DNA from: Amoebidium appalachense
Lineage: Eukaryota; Protista; Ichthyosporea
Length of the DNA stretch: 64,000 nucleotides
Reading direction: 5' to 3'
NCBI GenBank assembly: GCA_963693365.1
Contig: CAVNZM010000010.1
Coordinates: 3,718,159-3,782,158 of the forward strand
The notes beneath the pieces were generated by a model, which ran no database searches, was not told the DNA's origin, and saw nothing but the letters and a program-made list of their open reading frames with translations. The translations under genes were made by a program, and so were the position numbers. This document shows, piece after piece, positions 32,156 to 44,573 of this stretch. Positions within the stretch are counted from its first letter, which is position 1; each line of letters begins with the position of its first letter.

Positions 32156-32896
32156 TTTCGTTGTTGCAGCGACTCTAAAAAAAAACTCTTAAGTAATGAT
32201 GGGTCTCCGTTGGGTGCAGACCGTTCTTTCTTTTAGATAGGGGCTTAAGAGAATTTATAAGAACGGTAATGTTTTACAGTCAGAATTTGTGCAAAGTGTC
32301 AAACAAACGTGCAAAGGGGTCACAGGAAAACTTTTAAGAGGAACAAAGAATGCAGCAGTATATGGGCCTTTAGACAGCCATGTACCGCCTATTTGCTGGC
32401 CTAGTCAGCGTATGTGTGCCTCCTTAGAATAATGCTGCTTTTTTTTCCACCTTAGTTCTGCTGTCTTCTTGGTACCGGTATACGAATAGTTGCACAACCA
32501 CGAGGTCTTCAAACCGGAGAAAAATAAAATGTGAAAACTGTTACACGCCGATCATGCATATGTTTATATATACACCTGGACTTGAACAGTGACACTGTGG
32601 CCAAACCTAGGGGGGAAAAGCCTTGACAGACCGAAAGCTCAAATCAGCTGACAGCCTTGAAATGCAGTATAACTAGCTCAGTGGACAGCCGTGGGCAAAA
32701 CATGACATGTCAGTAAGCAAGCAGGAAGCACATGTACGCACGCACATGCATGTCTTTCCATAATTATACATGTGTGGACATGTCCACGGCCAGAGTCACG
32801 AGGCAAGCAGTAGCTCAGATATCGTGTTTTGGTGTGCGCTGACCGTTAACGTTGCTAAACGAATGAGTCTTTTGAGTCATTTGGAAGTCGTAACCG

Positions 32897-32931
<35 letters not shown>

Positions 32932-33215
32932 CCCCCCCCTGCAAAAAAAAAAAAAAAAAGAAAGAAAAAAAAAAAAAAAAAAGAAAAAGAAAAAAGAAAA
33001 GAGATGGGAGGAAGAAAACAACCACTACCATCACTACCCCCCCCCCCCCCTCCCCCCATCCCCCTCTCTCCCCCCCATCCCCCCCTCCCCCCCCCCCCCC
33101 CCCCCCCCCTGCCCTTGCCCCCTTCCCCCCGTTGCCCCTCCCACATACACATCATTCTCTCTCCTCGTAAGGCTCTCCGGAGATCTCCGAGGATCGATAA
33201 ATCTGTTTCACTTCG

Positions 33216-33316
<101 letters not shown>

Positions 33317-33666
33317 CCCCTCTTACCCCCCCCCCCCCTCTTACCCCTCCTTCTCTCTCATTGTATCTCCCCCCCCTTCCATCCCCCCGTGACGTTTTAT
33401 ATTTTCAATTTAGTGCCCCCCCGGGCGCTCCTCCCGCTTCTGTAAGACTCTTTCCATAACTTTTCCTCTGTAGGCTGTATGACTTGAATCATCGTACACG
33501 GTTGAATGAGTTTTCCCCAGAATTTCTTCTGTTTGGATATAGGCCATTACTACTAGTAGTTAGATCAGCCTTTGGTTTATATGTCTTATCATGATCATCT
33601 ACTAGTATCAGAATGTATTGTTGAGTTATGGGCTGACGTGCGCCCAGATTCTTCTTCTTCCTCTTT

Positions 33667-33704
<38 letters not shown>

Positions 33705-33922
33705 CTTAAAATCTTTTATGAAGTATCTCTGGCCCATTCTGGCAGGGTTGCCCTTTTCCAAACTGATAATCTGTAGGCAGGTGAGCACGTTTTTCACACG
33801 CCTTTTTTTTTTTTTTTTTTTGTTAAGGGAACTGTCGTGAGTCACAGTCGTTTGTAACAATCACACACATTGTCAAGTACACACTTACACAGTGAAACAC
33901 AGGTGCACACGGTGGCACGGAT

Positions 33923-33997
<75 letters not shown>

Positions 33998-34211
33998 TCA
34001 AGGCGCACAGCCACACGCAAATCTGACACACATACACAACCATACCCCCGCACGTGCACACACACACACACATACGGGACTACGCTTTTATTACGTAACA
34101 CATTTTTTGGAGGGGTTTTCAACGGTTTCACCTTTATATCATTTGTAAAGGTCGTGCTCTAGTTCGAATATATATATCGACCGATTTTGGGTTGGTGAAT
34201 ACCATATGCAA

Positions 34212-34525
34212 AGCACGTGCACATCACAACACGTGTATATCTCAACGGGTGCACTCACACCACATGTATGTTGCACCACGTGTATATTCATTTTTTGTTT
34301 TCTTTTGACTGGTTTATTGAACGGATAGGTATGGAAGTATGCACGGCATACTGAGGAGGCAATAAAAACTTCACGAGTTATCCACTAACAGGTGCATACT
34401 AGGATACCTGAACACCGTATACTAAAACATGTATATATCACCCCACGTGTATATCACACCACATTCGAGTTCACATGTATATCAGGCCTTGTGCATATCA
34501 CCCTATGTAAATTTCAAAACACGTG
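34212..34525. repeat. Degenerate ~16-bp CACGTGTATATCACAC minisatellite (two blocks)
   Basis: CACGTGCACATCACAA, CACGTGTATATCTCAA, CACGTGTATATCACAC, CACATGTATATCAGGC and similar units. Confidence 0.65.
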
Positions 34526-34876
34526 GGCCCAACCGCCACTTCCAAACTTCGGCAGTACTGTGTACTATCAAATTGTCGTTGTGGTTGTGGCCATCACCGA
34601 TCCTTGTCAAAGGAGATTGTAGTTTTGTGTTCCCCCCCCCCCCCCGGCGGCTGCTGTACAAGTCCGAATAGACGAAAATGGCTTCTTTAATACAATCTGC
34701 CCCGGCAGAATATATGAAGATATATACACACACGGTTCAGTTACAATAGTATGGCTCAAATACATTATACAGGGAAAAAGGAAGGAACCCCCCCTCACCC
34801 CCCCCCAAAAAAAACAAACAAAAAAAACAAACACAGGCGCAGACAGACACACACACGGGCGTGCGCACAGGCACAT

Positions 34877-34908
<32 letters not shown>

Positions 34909-35474
34909 CCCCCCCTCCGCACATGCGCACACACACGCATGAAGAAAACAATGAAAGTGACGAAGAAATATGATCAATCAAAATCTAGATTTTACTAAAG
35001 GAATTCTCTACTGTAACAGTTTGGCTACAAAATAGAGACGAAACCAAAAACCGAAATCTGGGCAACGTGTTGCTTTTGGCTTTTATGTACACAAGCTTTG
35101 AATATTCAATGGCAAAACTCAATCAATGAGACAAAATGCCTCGATTTTTTTTTTAAAAAAAAGACCGACAAAGTAAACTAAGGCCCCGAATGATGTCTTG
35201 TGATACCGAAAGGACACCACACCTTGCCAGAAGCCATTTCATCAACAAAAGTCGTATACAAAAAGAATCGTGTCAGTAGCTACTATTTTTTTTTAAAAAA
35301 AAGATCAGAAAGTATGTATGTACATGCCTGATCTCACACCATCACCTTTACACGGGCCTTCTTGCCAAAAGCATCACAGACCCACACAATCCAAAATAAA
35401 AACAGAGTAAAAATTAAAGTTAAAAATCCGAAACCCCGTGAACCCAAAAAATCGATTGGTCGCCATGCCGCCAA

Positions 35475-35826
35475 TCACTCTTGTTCATTCATCGACCGGA
35501 GCAAATCCGCCACCACGGGGGGGAGCACCCGTTCTGCAGCCGTGGTTTTCAGCCACTCAGGAACGAATGCCAAACCAAAGGAGATAGGCCATTGGGCGAT
35601 GGCCAACATCAGCCTCACGTGGTGGTGCGTTAGCGCCACCAACTCGTTACGGATTGAAGGCTGGGGTTTCTTTAATCCAGCAGGGGCGGAGGTGGTGGTA
35701 GGGGTGGTGGTGGCGGTGGGAGAAACGGTGGGGGTTAAAGGAGGAAGGGTGTGACTGTTGGGCTCTGGATCCGGAGGCGTATGGGTGGCACGTTGGTCGA
35801 TGTGGCCTATAGTGGAAACGGATTCC

Positions 35827-35880
<54 letters not shown>

Positions 35881-36021
35881 GGGGGGGGGGGGAGGGGGGG
35901 GGATGGGTGATGTATGCGTTAGAGGGTTGGAAATATGGAGGAGACAACAAAGAGCAAAAGTAACGTCACAAAAAATGAGAAGCATGCAGGCAGAAGACAC
36001 TTGAACAGAGCCCAGGGGATT

Positions 36022-36061
<40 letters not shown>

Positions 36062-36091
36062 GATGTGTGTATGTGTGGGTGGGGGGGGGGT

Positions 36092-36140
<49 letters not shown>

Positions 36141-36373
36141 GATGTGTGTGTGTGTATGACTGTGAGTGTGTGTGTATGACTGTGAGTGAGTGTGTGTGTG
36201 TGTGAGACCCGTGTGGGTTTGGGTGTGGATGGTAGGTTTCCAATAGGTTTTCAAAGAAAGGGAAGGGGGGGGGGGGGGGGGGGGGGAGGGGAGAGAGAGA
36301 AGTGGAAGGGGAAGGAGGAGGTTAGTCGTGTTGCAGGGGCTGGGGCCCGGGGAGGGGGTGGAGGGAGAGAGAA

Positions 36374-36413
<40 letters not shown>

Positions 36414-37886
36414 CTGGCTGGCTGGTTAAGTCGATGCGTTAAACACAGTGGAGAAGGGTAGGGCGTGGACATGTTTGTGGCTGTGATTCTACAAAGATTT
36501 TTCTTACATCTGCTTAATTCATATAGCACAAATGTTTTGAGAAGCAAAAAACACCAGAGCTAGGTGGTGTGGGGGGAACGAGAGAAGGAGTGGGTTGGGA
36601 TGATGGTAAGGGTAAAGGGAGAATGGAGGAAGGGTGGGTGCATGGGTGCGTGGGTGGGGGGAGGGGGGGGGGGGGAAGGCGTTGTCGAGGCCACAGAGCC
36701 AGAAAATGATATTTTTTTCTCTTCTGGAGCCCAAATTACGTTATAGTTAGAAGCAAATGGAAAGAGTATTTTACCTTCCTAAGGCATTTGTCATCACTCG
36801 TGTCGTTTTGTGCCTCCTGCCCCGTACCATCCTTGTCCAGAACATTTACCCTTCTCTCCAAAGCCCTCAGCGTCGTTTCCAATTCGCTCAATCTCCTCTG
36901 CGAAAAAATCTCGCCGCCCCTGATTGGCTCCAGGCCGTCGTTGCCTAGCAACAAGGAATGCGACGGAATGTGCCAGTCCCCAGCACCTCCGGATCCGCTG
37001 GGGCCTAGAAGCAAACCCTGCAACTGGAAACAAATACCGGAAATCTCGTGGCAAATTCGCATGAGATGGATCGCCTCCTCATTACCAAACTCGCCTACAC
37101 TACGGCGATTGGACATCGACGCCACGGGCGGCATAGGAAGCTCGATGCGATTGGCTGAACATGGCGCAGTCGCGTTTGGTTGGCTGCGGGTCATTCGTTG
37201 CAGCTGCTCCAACGCGTGACGCATGCACGATTCGCCCGCCTCCAGCGCTATAAATACCCGCTGGGCGTGGTCGGACGGAAGAAACTCGTCGCAATCACGT
37301 GCCACGCCCGCCTCCCGCAGGGAAACCGTCGTTTCCGATTGGGCGTCTAGGACCGTTGGAATGTCGTTGGAGGAGCTGGCGGAAGGCACCAGAAGTTCCC
37401 GGATTGCCGCAGCGTCCAGCACAGACGGAGGTGAAGGGGCCGGGGTGTTTGACGATGGGGGGGATGGGGCAACCGTTGAAGCGTCGCGGTGGTTGTTTGG
37501 GTGGGGGTGGTGGTTGCATTTGGCCCTGGTGAATAAATAGGTTGTGGTGGTGAGTCAAGGCGGGAAACACAAAGCTTTATATGAAAACAGCAGGAGAAGG
37601 GGCGGGTGGAGAGACGGCACCCGGGGGGGGGGGGGGGGGGGGGGGGGGGGAGGTGGATGGGGAGGGGAGGGGGTGGATGGGTGGATGGTTGGGTGGGTTG
37701 GTGGGGGGTGGGGGGGGTGGGGGGTGTGGGGGGGGGGGGGGCCTTCTTTCTCGCTGTGCATGTCGGCATGCATGAGTGAAATAGACCATAGTCGATCAAA
37801 AAGACAAAGTGGAGAGTTTTGAAGGTGGTGATGGTGCGCGTGTGTGTATTCTCTCTTTTTTTTTTTTTTTTTTTTTTTTTGTTTGT

Positions 37887-37926
<40 letters not shown>

Positions 37927-38301
37927 CTGAGTAATCGAGCAGTGAAACCGAGACCAAAACATTGTAACTTAAATACATTAAATACATTAACTCGTGTCGA
38001 CACACTAAACCAAACAACAAACAGTTCCCTGAGTCCACCAAAAGCAGCCGTTTCCCCTCATCATTCATCCTTAGGCTCAAGCTCCTTTTTATTTCATCTT
38101 GCCATATTTTTTTTTCGTTTCTTCTTCTTCCTGAAGTGTTTCTTGTGTGCATGTGCGCACATGTTGTCGTGCCATGCTATATTGGCCTTCTTTTCTTTCT
38201 TTCTTTCTTCCCCCCCCCCCCCCCTGCCCGGAAGTTTGTCGTGTGTGTGTGTGGTTGTGCCAAACTGTGTGCAACCGTGTGCCTTTCATTACATCTCGTA
38301 G

Positions 38302-38337
<36 letters not shown>

Positions 38338-38857
38338 ACCCCGCCTCCCCCTCCTCTAGCCCCCTCCCTCCCTCATCGCCTCTCTTTTTCAATGAATTGA
38401 AGCATTTTGGGGGGGCGGATAGGGGGAGGGGGAGGTGTATGTGTGTGTGTGTGTGAGTGTGTGAGTGAGTGAGTGTGTGTGTGTGTGTGTGTCAGTGTGT
38501 GTGTGGAGAGGGGGGGGGGGGGGGAGAAAGAGAAAGAGAGAGAGAAAGAGAAAGAGGGTGGAGGGCAAGAGTGTGTATGGTGTGTGGTGTGCGTGTGTGT
38601 GCGCATGTTGGGAGGACGCGGGGGAGCAGGAGGGGGGGAAGGGGGGAGGGCATTAGGGCCCCCATAAGAAAAAAGACCAAAATACATTGCACAAAGCCCT
38701 CCCCCCTCCCCCCACCCAGGCTCCACCACACATACACACACAAAAAAAGGGGGGGGGGGGGGGGGGGGGCGCGGGAATGAAGGAAGGAAAAATCACGATA
38801 AAACACCCAAAAATGAGAGCAAGTAGGCAGCTGAGGGCACGTGTGTGTGTGTGTGTC

Positions 38858-38898
<41 letters not shown>

Positions 38899-40689
38899 GT
38901 GTGTGTGTTGGAGGGAGAAGGGGGGGGTGGGTGGGCGGGTGTTTGGCTGGGTGGGGGGGGGGGGGGGGGGGGGGAGGGGGAGGAGGGGGAAGGTAGAAAA
39001 TTTTATAGAGCACGAAAATCAGCTTCCCGTTCGACAACACGATGCATATCCTGCATAGTACATGCCGGGGGGAAGGGGGGGGGGGGGGGGGGGGGTCTTA
39101 CGAGTGTGCCTGCAAAATCAAATCAGTCTCCAACACGGCTTTCGCTACAATATCTGCAGGTGAAACAGCCTGAGTAAGAACCCCATCCTGAGAAATTTCG
39201 GCCGTTACGGCATCGGACTGTGCTTCTGGTGGCTCACAACACACGGTTGCGTCCCGGAAAACACTCAAACTTTCGCGTGTTGTTGGTGGGGTTTCAACTA
39301 CATTTGCATTCACACGTGCATTTTGCATTTCCGTACGCCGCTGCTTCAACACACCCACGCTCGGGTTGAAATGTACTGTGCGGTTATTGAACTTAGTTTT
39401 GTTTGTAGTAGTCAGTTCGGATTCGTGCTCGTATGCCTGGGTGCAAATGCTGCTGGAAGGGGGGTTATTTGGTGGCCAATTTCTGGACGTGCTCAGATTT
39501 ACATTGCTAGAGCTTGCATCTGCGGTGGATGGGGTTTGTGCAAGTGTCTGTGCAAAGTCCCGTTTCTCCCCTTTCCCCTCCTTTCCGGCACCAAAAGACG
39601 CCGGAACACGGCGAGCGGACGTGGATTCCCCACCGCGCACACGTGAAGTTTCCGGCATGCTCACACGTCTGGAAGACAAGTTCGCGTTAATTTCCGATGT
39701 TCCCGCACACGGCACATGCTCGAACGTGGGCCGTTTGTTACTAAGAGACACAGAGAGAGGGGTGAGCTGTCTGCGGCCATAAGGAACAGAACTACTCGAA
39801 CTGGACATGCCCCCGTCTTCCTCTTCCTGCTGCCTCTGGTACGTTTTCACGCCGCTTTCCATCTGAAAAATCCGGATCTCCGCTTCCGAGCTTAGCGTCG
39901 CCAACGCTTTTCCCGCTTTTCAATGGAAATTCGCCTTCCGTCTTCTGCATTTTTCACCGCCTGCTGGTTGTTCCTCCGCATGCGCGTCGTTGGGAGTCTC
40001 GGACCGGGGGAAGGCAACCTGGGGCAGACTACAAGGGGAGAAGGGAGAGGCTCTTGTGGTGTCGCCTGAGTCGCCATGTTTTCCAACGAACTCTCTTCTA
40101 CACCGAGGCATGGTTGGGCTCGGGAATCTACAGATGTGTCGTCCGCTTCGAGAGGGGATTCCTTTATTGTCTGCAGGGAACACGGGCTGCCATCACCCTT
40201 TGTGAGGGTGTGGAGGCTGAAGCTTCTTGCATGTGTGCTTCCCACCCTCCCCTGCTTACTAGGCGACCCCGAGGCTCCCTCCGTCACTTGCATGTTCTCT
40301 GCATGTTCGCTGTTGGGGCTTGGAGTGCTTGTGGATGCGACTGCGATGTCGCCTTGTGAGATGTCGTGCGCTTGATGGGCAACATGGCTAGTGGTTTCAC
40401 TTGGAGTGTCGAAGGCTGCCCATGACAAAACGTTGTTTTGCGTAACAAATGAATCCGTGAAGGGCGAAGAAGCAAAAGGGTCGACCATGTGAGTGACAGG
40501 CATCGGGGTGGGAACACGATTGACCTCACAGGCACCGGAGACATGAACGGGCGGAAGAGAATGCGGTGCTGTTTTGCCCTGAAATGTACCTGGTGGGCTA
40601 GTAGATGATGGCGCTGTGTGGGTATAAGGAGGGTGGAAAAAGCTCTCACCAAGCTTAGCTGCCCACGAAAGCTCCTGATCAGAGACCAT
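35475..40689 (-). CDS. Large Ser/Pro/Thr-rich uncharacterised protein (~950 aa); exons ~39102-40689 (frameshift near 39918), probable small exons near 39014-39050 and 38020-38130, 36775-37525, 35475-35825
   Basis: Long complex ORFs 39892-40689, 39098-39904 and 36736-37422. A clean phase-0 join CLRK|ESVSTIGH..LLRSMNEQE* closes the gene. The middle junctions are uncertain and no domain is recognised. Confidence 0.65.
35906..36018 (-). mobile_element. Copy of the related poly(C)-anchored subfamily (sense to host gene)
   Basis: Reverse complement: CCTGGGCTCTGTTC..TGCATGCTTCTC..CTTTGTTGTCTCCTCCATATTTCCAACCCTCTAACGCATACATCACCC, then a C-rich tract. Confidence 0.65.
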
Positions 40690-41491
40690 TGTGGAAAATT
40701 TGAAACAAAAAGAGAAAATATGTATGCATGTGTGCTATATATGCACGTACTGCATGTATGTGTGCGTGTGTGTGTGTGCCCAGCTGTTGAAAGGACTCAC
40801 AATAGCAGCTAATAATGGCCAAGAATCAATACTGAATGGTTGAACGGAAGGACTGACGGTCTTCAGAGGCGTTGCTATACACGCATACACAATTCAAACG
40901 TTAACCTACACGAATAACTAGTTGTCAGTGCTAGCAGAATGCGAAAGAAAAATGAACAACTAAAACAGCAGATGCGATACCACAACATCTGCAAAACACG
41001 GGGTGGGGGAGGAAAGAAAAAGGGTCACACTATAAATAGTGACCCCACCCGCCAACTTGAGCTCCCAAATGGTCTAATGTTGGGAAACGAAAGATAGAAC
41101 GTGATATGTTTTTGATTTCGCGCATGCCTGTCACGTTTGCAAACGTGTGCGTGACACTAGTCTACATTGGTTAGTCCGCTTCCGTGACGTAATTAATGAC
41201 GTCATATGTAAGGTTTTAATTAGAGGGTAGCCGGAATGTATCGGAGGAGGGTCGAAAAGCTATTGACAGGTGACTGGCAGATTTGGCAATTTGGTGAGCC
41301 TCGTGTTCACGTGACATGATAGCGAATCGTTTTTGGGACGGATCCACACAATATTGCAGATTTTTTGAGTTCATAGATTTCAGCCTGGCATATTTCATAA
41401 TGAATACATAAATACGGTAATACATATACATATAAATATACATATGAGTAAATACGTTTATTGGTTGTGGCGGTTTTCTTGATGTAGCATT

Positions 41492-41672
41492 GGGCCTACA
41501 AAAGGATCTCCGAGTAGCACTCTGGCGAATCCGATTCCGAAGGAGTCGGCCAGCCGACGGAAGTGCGCACGCACCGATCGAACGTGCTCGATCATCGCCG
41601 GTAGGCCTAGGGGTTGCGGGCCGCAGAATGAGCCGAGCCAGCGGACTGGTCCAACTTGCCCGCGGCCCGCGA
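41492..41672 (+). ncRNA. Candidate structured RNA or GC-rich structured element (family unknown)
   Basis: Four nested helices in 41492-41608 plus a 9-bp helix 41616-41624/41662-41670. The G-U pairs favour the + strand. Confidence 0.3.
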
Positions 41673-42204
41673 ATCGGTTTGAATCCGTCACTGTACATGC
41701 CTCGGTTCGGTTTCTTTCGACAGAAAAGTGACATAGAAAATGTGTATACGTATGTACAGCAAGATTATATGGTTTAAATTAATAAAAGATGTAAAGAAAA
41801 GGGAACCAATGAAATGTTTAGACAGTGACGCGTACAGCTGCCGACAGCCTGGCCTCCAAGCAGCAATGAACAGTAAACCGGCTAGTGCTCGAGCGCTCGG
41901 CTCGACTCGGCTTAGAAAACACCGGAATGGATTCACGTGATTGGACTGGCTGTGACACGCAGAATGTGCATTTCACGCAAACTTCCTTCCCTGTTTGGCA
42001 GGTTTTTTTTTGCAGTAAATAGTGTACAGATATAGGTTTATAATTGATTTTCGTAATTTTTTTCTCCCACAGCCTGTTGTTGGTTCCAATATAGGGGTTT
42101 AACTCCCCACCATCTGCAGGGCGCGGTCTTCGGCCCTGAGCTAACTACGTCACCGGCAGCACGGCCCTCTGAAAGCACGAGGACCACGTGGGCAGTCAAT
42201 CGTA

Positions 42205-42420
42205 TTCATAACGTCACGAGATCGATGTCCTGCGTTTCAACCGCCACGTCCCTCGGTGGTGCCACGCAAGGCCTCCTAAATAGCTCACCGGGCCGAGGCG
42301 CGCATTAGACTAATACTCTGGATGACGTAAGAAGGGTAGGGCTATCGAAACCTGTGATCTGACATACCCCTCCTGGTTAGACTAAATTTAGCGCAAAACT
42401 TGTGCAATATTTACGCTAAA
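42205..42420 (+). repeat. Left arm of a diverged inverted repeat
   Basis: CAAGGCCTCCTAAATAGCTCACCGGGCCGAGGC and AAGGGTAGGGC are mirrored at ~44347-44423. Confidence 0.75.
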
Positions 42421-43448
42421 CAGCTAGAAGCAATCATTGTTTAGCGGCTCACCGGCCCCGAGCTAGCGGCCCCCGCGCTGCAAGCTCCAGAACTCCAACA
42501 GATATGTCTGCACGTAGTAATGGTGTAATTATTTTTTATAATGACTTTATTGATGTGCTCATATGTTCGAAGGACACGAAAAAGAGATATCCCAGATATC
42601 TCGAGAGACAAATTTTCGAGTCACTCAAACGAGGAGGAGGTGTAATTAATGTTGCAGTCTTCGGACGTTTCTTGGCTTGCTGAACCGCGAGGGTTCGACC
42701 AAGAGAATTTGGAGGCCGGCGTGTAGAAGTTTGTGCAAGTTTGCCCTCCAGCTCCGTGCTGGTGAGGCACTTAGTCACACCGGAGCGGATCTCGGCGGAT
42801 AAACTTTGACAGAGTATGAATTCCATACAGGAGCCGAATTTCAAAGCTAACCACCCCCCCCCCCCCCCCCCCCACCACCACCACCACCACCACCACCACC
42901 ACCACCACCCACCCACCCACCGACTCATCCTCCCAACCCTGGGCTTTTCCAAATCTGGCTGGCCAGACCTCAGTCACACACTAAGTCTTGAAGCATGCGA
43001 AAGCAGGCAGATCTGCCCGGCTGGCCCTGTGGATCTCCACCACGAAGTTTCTGGAGCGCCGCCCCGTCCTGGAGCAGGGATAGCCGGCGAGGACGCGGAC
43101 GGTGCTTTTATTGTGACGATGGAGATAGTCAACAAGGCCCCAGTATACCCGGAGACTGATTGAACCGGCCACGCCCACTGTAGGCTTGCCCTGCGGGACA
43201 TGAGCGTACAGACTACCGTACTGTGCCGGGCCATCTTGCCAGAGGAACGTCGGAATGTGAATACGTTGGTGAGACTGACTGCCGTTTAGAATCACACCTG
43301 CCAGGTGTTTCCCAGGGCACACCTTCACTGTAACTACTCTGAATAAGATCATCTGCATCTTTTGTTTTGGGTGTTTGCACATGTCTTACAAGTGTCCCAC
43401 TGGACGCGGATCCGGGGAAAGTGGCGCCAAGAGAGAGGAAGGGCGGGG

Positions 43449-43485
<37 letters not shown>

Positions 43486-44259
43486 CGGAATGAGAAAACA
43501 GATCTAGTCGGATGTCGGATCCGAAGAGGGTTCACGGGGGAGAACGGGGGAGGAAGGTTGGTGGTGATTTTAGTGCTGGTGGATACGGGGGTTAGAGGGG
43601 AGGTGTAAGGGAGGAAGCGTGTAGTTGTGGTGGTGGTAACAGCGGTGGTTTCCTTCGAGGAGCAGAGCTACGTATATAAGGCTTGAGAGGATTCAGAGTA
43701 ACAAATTGGGGGTGGGAAGGTGTGTTTGTGTGTGGCCGGGGGTGGGTGGGGGGGTGGCCGGGGGGTGGGGGGGGGGGGGGGGGGGGGGGGGGGGGAGTAA
43801 GGGGAAGTGATGATGGTGGTGGTGGTGATTCAGTTGGTCGAGAGAGGGAAGGTGGGAGAAAGGGAACACGTTCTGGTGGTGGTAGTAGTGGTGTTTTCTT
43901 TCGAGGTGGAGGAGAATAGATCTAGACTATGAAGAAGAGGATCCGAAGGAAAAAGGGCGAGATGGGGAGAGATGCTGAGGAGGAATGGTGGCGCCGGGCC
44001 TTTACGTATTCAAAGCATCACTCTATTTATCCTGGCCCGAGTTAATCTATTCAGATGCTCAAGTTTTGTGTGAAAATATCTGCCGAGGTTTGAACGTGAG
44101 TCAGTAAGTTAGCCGAACTGCTCAGTTCGATGGTCAATGGGCGTTCAGCCGAACGCAAAACAAGATGCACGCGGTTGTTGCCTGTATTTCGGCTTTTAGC
44201 TGCAGAGAGCACAAGCTCATGACAAATGGGTAGCTGCTGAGAGTGTCTATAGAGGCACT

Positions 44260-44470
44260 ACCTATTTTTTTCGCGTTACTACTGCAGGAAAACTTCACGA
44301 AAAGGGTTGGAAACATATGCACTTCAGCATCAATCGGCGAAACATGGCCCTACCCTTGATGACATCATCATTCCTATGTGACGACCCTGTGCCTCGGCCC
44401 AGTGAGCTATTTAGGAGGCCTTGGTGCCACGGGCCGTGGTTCAAACCGGAACACACAACACGTGTAAACA
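44260..44470 (-). repeat. Right arm of the diverged inverted repeat
   Basis: GCCTCGGCCCAGTGAGCTATTTAGGAGGCCTTG and GCCCTACCCTT are the reverse complement of the left arm. Confidence 0.75.
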
Positions 44471-44573
44471 TGTCCGCGCCGTCTGAGAAAAACACTTAAA
44501 TACACAAGGCAACTTTTTAGATGGTCTTGCACTAATTCCACTACAACTCCTACCTGTAACCGACCATTGGAGT

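Noticed and set aside
42981-43382. 133-aa minus-strand ORF as transposase or RT fragment
   Set aside because: No recognisable DDE, RT or zinc-knuckle motif, so it is left unassigned.
44385-44455. tRNA gene (A/B-box-like spacing, GGTTCAAACC)
   Set aside because: No acceptable cloverleaf can be drawn. At most it is a degenerate SINE-like head.
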